Below, in pieces: positions 57,444 through 64,000 of a DNA stretch of 64,000 bases. Positions within the stretch are counted from its first letter, which is position 1; the number at the start of each line of letters is the position of its first letter. The notes under the pieces are model-generated. The model ran no database searches. It was not told the DNA's origin and was given only the letters and a program-made list of their open reading frames with translations. Source of the DNA: Novosphingobium sp. (GTDB lineage Bacteria > Pseudomonadota > Alphaproteobacteria > Sphingomonadales > Sphingomonadaceae). A program made the translations under genes and the position numbers. The stretch covers positions 7,696 to 71,695 of the forward strand of contig JASGGD010000002.1 of assembly GCA_047605225.1 (NCBI GenBank), in the 5' to 3' direction.

Positions 57444-58007
57444 GTGATGTTGCCCGGGGTGCCTGTGGTTGAAAAACACGACCTGCCGGTACACCGGGCA
57501 CGTGCCTTTCTCGAACCCGGCCCGATCTTGCTGGTGACATCGTGTCACGACGGCGAGCGCAATGTGATGACCATGGGCTGGCATATGGTGCTGGAATTCA
57601 CGCCCTCCCTTGTCGGCTGCATGATCGCTGCCGGAAATCACAGTTTCGAGCTGATCAGACGTAGCGGACAATGCGTCCTGAACCTGCCGACGCTCGATAT
57701 GCTCGACACTGTCGTCGCAATCGGCAATTGTTCGGGCCGCGACAAAGACAAGTTTGCCGGGTTCAGACTTGATACGCAGCCCGCCGGAGAGGTCGATGCG
57801 CCTTTGCTCACCGCATGTCATGCAAACTTTGAATGTCAGTTGGCAGACGACCGGATGGTTGAGGATTACAATCTCTTTGTCTTCGAGATCGTGAAGGCGC
57901 ACGTCGCGCCTCGGCCCAAGCATCCCAGAACACTCCATTACACCGGGGACGGCGTGTTCGTTGTCGCGGGCAAGACAGTGAGGCGACGTAGTGACTTTCG
58001 GCCGTGA
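57444..58007 (+). CDS. flavin reductase-like FMN-binding domain protein
   Basis: 187 aa. PGPILLVTSCHDGERNVMTMGW...FELIRRSGQCVLNLPT is the flavin_reduct fold pattern. Confidence 0.75.
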   Translation: MMLPGVPVVEKHDLPVHRARAFLEPGPILLVTSCHDGERNVMTMGWHMVLEFTPSLVGCMIAAGNHSFELIRRSGQCVLNLPTLDMLDTVVAIGNCSGRDKDKFAGFRLDTQPAGEVDAPLLTACHANFECQLADDRMVEDYNLFVFEIVKAHVAPRPKHPRTLHYTGDGVFVVAGKTVRRRSDFRP

Positions 58008-58525
58008 CTGCTTGGCAACGGCCGCTAGGAGCCCCAGCACTTCTTCCGGAAAGATTGCGTTCGCGCAGGCGCCTCCGTGTAAGCGCCCGTTGAACACCCA
58101 CCGCATCGGGGGAGCCATTCAGTTGGATCGCGCAAACCGCAGGCTCCAGAGAAAGTGTCGGTGTTAGCTTATTGAACGGCAGAAATATCCATCTTATTCA
58201 ACCAAACCGTCCGTCAACTCACGACAAGTCCGAGGCATCCAGAATGGGAAAGCTGCCGTTCCGCAACCGGGGATCGAAAATTCAAGGCTGAACGACCGAC
58301 AAGGGTCGCTTTCGTCGGTTGCGCAACGCCGGGATTGGGAAAGAATACCTGTCCGCAAGCACAATCGCCCACGGCAATTTTGGTGTAACGCGCTGGCTTG
58401 GTCTGGATACTTTTTCAAGACGTTAGGCCTTAGATACTCGCCAATCAGCCACTTCTGGAAAACGCGCTTGACCCACGATGGGATGTTTGGTGCCACCTCG
58501 ACACGGCGGCACCGCCACCACGCAC

Positions 58526-59113
58526 TCAGGGATGCAGATCGCGCAACCGGCCGCCCACAGCCCCAGCCACGCTGGCTATAAAGGCTCCGACTACGAGCGA
58601 TAGCCCGGTAAAGCCAGCAAGGGTCGCTGCTGCCTTCCTTATCGCATCAGTGGCTTCGCGGGTGGTCTCAACATCGACTGGGGGGGGTGCAGGGCTGGCG
58701 AGCGTCCCTGCTAGGACAGCGATGATGGCGAGAAAGACCGTTGCAGTCGCCCATGTGAGAAATCCGTGCGCAGTGTCCCGGAAAAACACCTCGTCGGTGT
58801 GTAAACCGTGCCAGCGGGTACGCAATCGACCGGCAAGATAGCCACCACTCAATGACGCTAGCCACTGGGTCACGATCAGCCAGATACCCGTCCCGATCGC
58901 AAATGTAGACGCCTTGGCGCCCACGCCAGGCCAGGGCGACACTGACCCCAGTCCAAACGCGGATCCCAGAACCATGAGAACCAGAGTGACGGAGATGGCG
59001 GCAATTACACCCCCCAGTACTGCACTCCATGAAATTACCGATGCTGGCGCGGCGGGAGGTGCGCCGTCTGGGTAAAGCACCGGATCGACGTGTGGATATG
59101 CGGGCCCAACCAT
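58526..59113 (-). CDS. integral membrane protein, unknown function
   Basis: ORF 58526..59173. ATG 59113 chosen because it follows the stop of a micro-ORF (TGATCATG). Four or five TM helices. Confidence 0.55.
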   Translation of the reverse strand: MVGPAYPHVDPVLYPDGAPPAAPASVISWSAVLGGVIAAISVTLVLMVLGSAFGLGSVSPWPGVGAKASTFAIGTGIWLIVTQWLASLSGGYLAGRLRTRWHGLHTDEVFFRDTAHGFLTWATATVFLAIIAVLAGTLASPAPPPVDVETTREATDAIRKAAATLAGFTGLSLVVGAFIASVAGAVGGRLRDLHP

Positions 59114-59115
59114 GA

Positions 59116-59193
59116 TCAGTGCCAGAACAGAAGGAGGAGGAGGATTATCGGCAGCGGAATGCCGAGCAGCCACAGAACAATTCCCTTACCCAT
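59116..59193 (-). CDS. 25-aa hydrophobic micro-protein
   Basis: Not in the ORF track. MGKGIVLWLLGIPLPIILLLLLFWH then TGA. Abuts the next gene start and resembles small membrane peptides I recall from alphaproteobacterial stress loci. Confidence 0.4.
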   Translation of the reverse strand: MGKGIVLWLLGIPLPIILLLLLFWH

Positions 59194-59233
59194 GATCGCC
59201 TCTCCAAACACAACAACTCTGTTACAAATCAGA

Positions 59234-59258
59234 AACAAAGATGATTGGACGGAGTTCC
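59234..59258 (-). promoter_or_regulatory. EcfG-type promoter candidate
   Basis: The minus strand reads GGAACtccgtccaatcatcttTGTT (GGAAC-N16-TGTT), about 40 nt upstream of the micro-ORF ATG 59193. Confidence 0.45.
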
Positions 59259-59351
59259 CTACCATTGATCGTATTCGCGATCCGAGCCGTATTGCTCAGC
59301 AAAATCTTAGGGCCGCTATTGTTTTCAATCTGGTGTGATGAAGGTCAATCA

Positions 59352-60290
59352 ATGCTGCGATCGTTCCCAAAACCCGAGAGTGGCACCAGTGGCGTCTGGA
59401 TCGACCTCCTGTCGCCTAACTCCGATGAGCGCGCCATCGCCGAAAGGCGGTGTGGCTTGAAATTACCAGCCCGCGAAGCGTTGAGCGAAATCCAGGCATC
59501 GAGCCGGCTGCGGGCCGAAGGCAATGTGCTCTATATGAGCGCACCTCTGATTTCGGGTACGGGCACCAGCGAGTGGCGTAGTGCGCCAACGGGCTTCATC
59601 CTGACCCCCGATACCTTGATCACGGTGCGCTATGATGATCTGGCGCCGTTCGATGCGGTCAGTGAAAACCTCGCGCCCGAAAAGGCTGTAAGCCCGGCAA
59701 GTGTGCTGGCAACGCTGATCGAGGAGATTGTCGGCCGGGCCGCTGATCATCTGGAACAGGCGTCGGAGGTGGTATCCAAAGCATCGCAATTGCTTTTCTT
59801 TGAAGAAGATGAGCGGCCCGGACTCAACCGCGAAACCCGAAAGATCCGTTTGATGATGCGAGACATCGGCCAGGCAAGCGATCAGGCATCACGTGTGCGC
59901 TATGCGTTTCTTAGCCTCGGCCGGATGGTCAGCTTCATACTGGATCGTTGCACGCCAAAACTTGATCAGCCCATGCATGAGCGGTTTGATGCGATCCGGC
60001 ACGACATCAACTCTCTGGACGAGTTCGAGACAAGTCTCGAGGGACGCATTCAGTTGCTTCAGGACGCCGCCGCCGCGTTCTTAAGCATTGAGCAGAACGA
60101 TGTCGTGAAGGTGCTGACAGTCGCTTCGGTCGTTGGCGTTCCACCCGTTCTTGTCGTCGGTATCTACGGCATGAATTTCAGAAAGATGCCGGAACTGGGC
60201 TGGGAGCTGGGCTATCCCTATGCGCTCATCCTGTGCCTTGTATCGGGTCTGTTGCCCTATCTCTGGTTCAAGTGGCGCGACTGGATTTAG
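59352..60290 (+). CDS. corA: CorA-family magnesium/cobalt transporter
   Basis: ATG 59352 within ORF 59241..60290. C-terminal YGMNFRKMPE (GMN motif) between two TM helices. Confidence 0.85.
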   Translation: MLRSFPKPESGTSGVWIDLLSPNSDERAIAERRCGLKLPAREALSEIQASSRLRAEGNVLYMSAPLISGTGTSEWRSAPTGFILTPDTLITVRYDDLAPFDAVSENLAPEKAVSPASVLATLIEEIVGRAADHLEQASEVVSKASQLLFFEEDERPGLNRETRKIRLMMRDIGQASDQASRVRYAFLSLGRMVSFILDRCTPKLDQPMHERFDAIRHDINSLDEFETSLEGRIQLLQDAAAAFLSIEQNDVVKVLTVASVVGVPPVLVVGIYGMNFRKMPELGWELGYPYALILCLVSGLLPYLWFKWRDWI

Positions 60291-60419
60291 CCGATGTAGG
60301 CGAAATCTCTAGTGTCCTTCATTTGGCCATGAAAGTTCCCCGGCCGAAATCTTGAGCATTGGTACTCGGTTTGAATTGCAACGGTTTCAAAGGGGCCTTT
60401 ACATGCGAGGTGGAGAGCG

Positions 60420-61202
60420 ATGAACATAGACCTGAAGGGCAAGCGCGTTCTGGTGACCGGTGGTAATTCCGGGCTCGGTGCGGCCATCGCCAAGGCCTTT
60501 GCTGCCGAAGGCGCCTGTGTCGCGATCAATTACCTCGTCAATCCTGAAGAGACCGATACGCTGGTGAAGCAGTTTGTGACGGCTGGCGGCAAAGCGCTGG
60601 GATTGATGGCTGACATCAGTGACCCCGCAACGGTAGAGACGATGTTCGAGGCGATCGACGAGGCGTGGGGCGGGATCGACATTCTCGTCAACAATGCCGG
60701 GATCGACGGCCATGCCGTATTGGGTTGGGAAGCCGATCCCGATGCCTGGGGCAAGGTCATCGACATCAATCTCAAGGGGGCTTTTCTTTGCGCCCGCGCT
60801 GCACTGAAGCGCATGGTGCCGCAGAAGTCCGGCGTCGTGCTCAACACGTCCAGCGTTCACGAGGTGATCGCCTGGACCGGCTACAGCGCCTACACGGCGA
60901 GCAAGGCCGGCGTGTCGATGATGTCGAAATCACTGGCGCAGGAGGCTGCTCCCCATGGCGTGCGTGTGCTGTGCATCGCGCCCGGCGCGATCCGCACGCC
61001 CATCAACAAGGTGGTGTGGAGCGATCCGGAAACCTACAAGGACCTCCTCACCAAGATCCCTCTCGGCCGTATCGGGGAGGCGGAAGACATCGCCAACATG
61101 GCCGTCGTCCTTGCGTCCGACGTTGCCGCCTACATCACCGGCACAACCATATTCGTCGATGGCGGGATGACCGATTACCCCTCTTTCGCGCATGGTGGGT
61201 GA
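60420..61202 (+). CDS. SDR-family oxidoreductase (glucose 1-dehydrogenase-like)
   Basis: 260 aa. VLVTGGNSGLGAAIA, NNAG, YTASKAG, PGAIRTPIN. Confidence 0.85.
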   Translation: MNIDLKGKRVLVTGGNSGLGAAIAKAFAAEGACVAINYLVNPEETDTLVKQFVTAGGKALGLMADISDPATVETMFEAIDEAWGGIDILVNNAGIDGHAVLGWEADPDAWGKVIDINLKGAFLCARAALKRMVPQKSGVVLNTSSVHEVIAWTGYSAYTASKAGVSMMSKSLAQEAAPHGVRVLCIAPGAIRTPINKVVWSDPETYKDLLTKIPLGRIGEAEDIANMAVVLASDVAAYITGTTIFVDGGMTDYPSFAHGG

Positions 61203-61206
61203 CGGC

Positions 61207-63027
61207 ATGGCAAACCGCATCGAGGACTACGGCCTGATCGGGAACATGCTGTCGGCTGCCCTTGTCGGCATCGACGGGTCCATCGACTGGCTCTGCCTGC
61301 CGCGCTTCGACGCACCGGCCTGCTTTGCAGCCCTGCTCGGCACGCCGGAGAACGGGCGGTGGAAGATCGCGCCCACGGATACCACTACGAGGACAACCCG
61401 GCGGTATCTGCCAGATACCGGGATCATCGAGACCCGGTTCGAGACCGCGACCGGGGTAGTGACCCTGACAGACTTCATGCCGATCAGCGAAATGGAAAAC
61501 CACGTCGACGTGATCCGCATCGTGACGGGCATCTGCGGTTCGGTGGAGATGGACATGGAGTTCATCCTGCGCTTCGAGAACGGCCAGGCGATCCCCTGGG
61601 TGACTCGCAAGGACTACGGCATCAGCGCCGTCGCCGGGCCCAATGCGGTCGAGTTGCATACCAGCCTCGCGCTCGAAAACCGCGGCATGCGCACGGCAAC
61701 CCGGTTTACAGTGGCGGAAGGGGAGAGCGTCCCGCTCACCCTGTCCTATCACCCCTCAAACAAGCCCCCGCATTTCATCACCGACCGTCACGAGGCGCTC
61801 GACCGGACTGCGACGTGGTGGCGCGAATGGGTGAAGCGCGGCAGTGTTAATGACATGCCCGAAGAATGGCGTGATCCAGTGGTCCGTTCGCTCATCACCC
61901 TGAAGATGCTGACCTACAAGCCCACCGGAGGCATCGTGGCGGCGCCCACCACGTCCCTGCCCGAGGCCATCGGCGGCCCGCGCAACTGGGACTACCGGTA
62001 TTGCTGGCTGCGCGATTCAGCGCTGACGCTCTACGCGCTGCTCAATGCCGGATATCGCGAGGAGGCCGAGGCATGGCGGCAGTGGTTGCTGCGGGCAGTG
62101 GCAGGCGCCCCCGAGCAGCTTCAGATCATGTACGGTCTTGGCGGCGAGCGCTGGCTACCCGAGTTCGAGATCCCATGGCTGCAGGGCTTCGAAGGCAGCA
62201 CGCCCGTAAGGGTGGGCAATGGCGCGGCTGACCAGATGCAGCTCGATGTCTATGGCGAGTTGATCGACACCCTTCATACTGCCCGCGATGCCGAATTGCA
62301 GCCACAGGACGAAGCGTGGCGTTTGCAGAAGGTGCTGCTCGATCATGTCGAGGAAGTCTGGGAGACGCCCGATCGCGGGATCTGGGAAGTGCGCGGCCCG
62401 GCGAGAGCTTTCACCCATTCGCGGATGATGTGCTGGGTGGCATTCGATCGCGCGATCGAAACTGCCGAAAGGTTCGAACTTGAGGGGCCGGTCGATCGCT
62501 GGCGCGAAGTGCGGCAAGCGATCCATGACCAGATCTGCACTCAGGGCTTCGACACCGAACTGAACAGCTTCGTCCAGTATTATGGCGGGAAGACCCTGGA
62601 CGCGAGCCTGCTGCTCATGGCGCAGTTCGGCTTCCTGCCCGCCAGCGACCCGCGGGTGCAGGGCACGATCGCGGCGGTGGAGCGCGAGCTGCTGCAGGGC
62701 GGCTTTGTCCAGCGCTATTCCACCGACAGCGCCGATGATGGCGTCGGCGGCAGGGAAGGCGCATTTCTCGCCTGCAGCTTCTGGCTCGTCGACGCTTATG
62801 TGCTCTCGGACAGGCTGGAAGATGCCCGCAATCTTTTCGGGAGACTGAACGGACTCGCCAACGATCTGGGGCTGCTGGCCGAGGAATACGATGCGCAGGA
62901 CAATCGCCTTCTCGGTAACTTCCCGCAGGCGTTCTCGCACATCGGCCTCGTGAACTCCGCTCACAACCTGGTAATGAAAAAGGGGCCTGCGGCTCAGCGC
63001 GCCGACAGGTGTGCTCCGCGATCTTAG
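61207..63027 (+). CDS. glycoside hydrolase family 15 (glucoamylase/trehalase-like)
   Basis: MANRIEDYGLIGNMLSAALVGIDGSIDWLCLPRFD, ..NWDYRYCWLRDSA.., ..EEYD...GNFPQAFSH are typical GH15 blocks. Confidence 0.85.
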   Translation: MANRIEDYGLIGNMLSAALVGIDGSIDWLCLPRFDAPACFAALLGTPENGRWKIAPTDTTTRTTRRYLPDTGIIETRFETATGVVTLTDFMPISEMENHVDVIRIVTGICGSVEMDMEFILRFENGQAIPWVTRKDYGISAVAGPNAVELHTSLALENRGMRTATRFTVAEGESVPLTLSYHPSNKPPHFITDRHEALDRTATWWREWVKRGSVNDMPEEWRDPVVRSLITLKMLTYKPTGGIVAAPTTSLPEAIGGPRNWDYRYCWLRDSALTLYALLNAGYREEAEAWRQWLLRAVAGAPEQLQIMYGLGGERWLPEFEIPWLQGFEGSTPVRVGNGAADQMQLDVYGELIDTLHTARDAELQPQDEAWRLQKVLLDHVEEVWETPDRGIWEVRGPARAFTHSRMMCWVAFDRAIETAERFELEGPVDRWREVRQAIHDQICTQGFDTELNSFVQYYGGKTLDASLLLMAQFGFLPASDPRVQGTIAAVERELLQGGFVQRYSTDSADDGVGGREGAFLACSFWLVDAYVLSDRLEDARNLFGRLNGLANDLGLLAEEYDAQDNRLLGNFPQAFSHIGLVNSAHNLVMKKGPAAQRADRCAPRS

Positions 63028-63060
63028 AGGAAACCATCAACCAGTGGGTGTCGTAAGCCG

Positions 63061-63243
63061 GTGTCCGTGCTGACGCACGACTATGCCCGGCTGAGCACCC
63101 GGCTGGCGCTTCGACTGCTTGCGCTGACGGCGGTGAGACCCAACGAGCTTCGCGGCGCACTGTGGGCGGAATTCCACGACCTCAATGGCGATGAGCCCCT
63201 TTTGCGAATTCCCGCCTCGTGCATGAAAGCGATCAATTTCTGA
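63061..63243 (+). pseudogene. tyrosine-recombinase (phage integrase family) gene fragment
   Basis: The 60-codon ORF ..LALRLLALTAVRPNELRGALWAEFHDLNGDEPLLRIPASCMK.. corresponds only to the start of the catalytic domain (R of R-H-R-Y). The N-terminal domains and the remaining catalytic residues are absent. Confidence 0.55.
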
Positions 63244-64000
63244 TCGGCGGAATGAAGCTCACTTGCGCGAGCCGCCAGGCGCGGTCCCTTTCCCCGGGCC
63301 AATAATGGCGAGGGTGCCTGTGCTCGGCAGGCGGATGCACCCCATGCACCTCTGCCCGGATCAATCGGCCCGTCTCTCTAAGGCGGATGGTGGCAGCAGG
63401 AAATTCTTCGAGAAGACGTTTTTCCAGTTCAAGCGCGTCGTCGGAAAGCTGGGGGCTCGACAGAGCTCGAGGCGACCCATCGACCAGCTCGGCGGTTGAG
63501 GAACGCAAGGCCTTTACCCCATCGCTGATGACATCGAGCGCGATTATGCCAGCCGCGACGGAGTCCGCCCACCACCATCCCAGCCCCAGTCCGATGATCC
63601 CAGCGAGGCCTGCTGCGCCCGTCAGCCAGTTGGCCTTGTTCATCAGCGCGTCGGTATGCAAGAGCTTGTCGTTGAGCTTTTCGGCGAGAGGCAGTTCCTT
63701 GCGCCCGATCAACATGGGCGGGATAAGGGAATAGAGCTGTGCGGCAATCATCAGCCAGCCCAGCCAGAAATCCTGTCCGAAAACGACGATCGAACCAACA
63801 GATGCATGCTCGGCGCTGACCAGAGCGATAGCGGCGTTGTAAAGAAGCAGTAATCCGACGGCGGAAAGCGCGACTGCGGCGACAAAGAACCCGAGTCCGT
63901 TCACGCGTTCGAATCCGAAGGGAAATTTTTTCGAGCGGCGACCCTTCAGTTCCATATGCGCCGCGATGAGAAACATGATCGGCGGGACGACACCAAGTGT
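63233..64000 (-). CDS. cation diffusion facilitator-like transporter, C-terminal part (gene continues past the right edge)
   Basis: ORF 63233..63976 and upstream. Multiple TM helices with FPFGFERV.. and a cytoplasmic C-domain (..RLRETGRLIRAEVH..) typical of cation-efflux proteins. Confidence 0.55.
   Translation of the reverse strand, partial: TLGVVPPIMFLIAAHMELKGRRSKKFPFGFERVNGLGFFVAAVALSAVGLLLLYNAAIALVSAEHASVGSIVVFGQDFWLGWLMIAAQLYSLIPPMLIGRKELPLAEKLNDKLLHTDALMNKANWLTGAAGLAGIIGLGLGWWWADSVAAGIIALDVISDGVKALRSSTAELVDGSPRALSSPQLSDDALELEKRLLEEFPAATIRLRETGRLIRAEVHGVHPPAEHRHPRHYWPGERDRAWRLAQVSFIPPIRN

Noticed and set aside
58194-58496. 100-aa minus ORF in an AT-rich gap after the flavin reductase gene
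   Set aside because: No RBS, no motif, Cys/Arg-rich middle. It may be a gene remnant or non-coding spacer; nothing supports a call.
1-64000. CRISPR arrays, tRNA, rRNA, intact IS elements or transposases
   Set aside because: I saw no regularly spaced direct repeats, no cloverleaf-like or rRNA-like segments, and no transposase-like ORFs. An eye scan can miss small RNAs, so this is not proof of absence.

Overview
High-GC accessory DNA that looks alphaproteobacterial and sphingomonad-like, probably from a plasmid or ICE. That placement is inferred from gene content: HWE kinases, a PFxFATGY response regulator, GGAAC-N16/17-CGTT promoters and a syanodin-like lasso core. All calls come from reading the sequence and ORF track and from remembered family motifs. 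No searches were run, and many start codons are uncertain.

Layout:
(1) 1-5.9 kb: minus-strand F-type conjugative T4SS segment, traA-L-E-K-B-V-C' plus a DsbC-like gene.
(2) 6.6-17.0 kb: lasso-peptide locus. It has XRE and GntR regulators, a 44-codon precursor missing from the ORF track, an intrinsic hairpin attenuator, a fused B protein and a C cyclase. Converging on these is an ECF sigma / FecR / TonB-dependent receptor / S9 isopeptidase operon. An identical 20-bp palindromic site lies in front of both the regulator genes and the precursor.
(3) 17.0-32.7 kb: AT-richer defence island. Its main item is a short pAgo ATGA-coupled to a TIR-APAZ protein that carries an extra N-terminal Mrr-like nuclease domain. 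In that protein the TIR catalytic-Glu column appears to be Asp. The island also holds a decayed Mrr-like gene, a TIR-like/NDT-like gene paired with a Vsr/DUF559-like nuclease protein, and a Cap4-like-nuclease STAND NTPase ending in a SEC-C motif. A double PD-(D/E)xK protein and an AAA_13 (PrrC/RloC-like) ATPase complete it.
(4) 32.8-34.7 kb: a conserved hypothetical gene bracketed by 75-nt direct repeats.
(5) 34.7-63 kb: a block of general-stress-type genes, several with EcfG-type promoter matches, plus two HWE kinases and an SdrG-like response regulator.
(6) 63.0-64.0 kb: an integrase fragment and a partial CDF transporter.

No rRNA, tRNA or CRISPR array was recognised.
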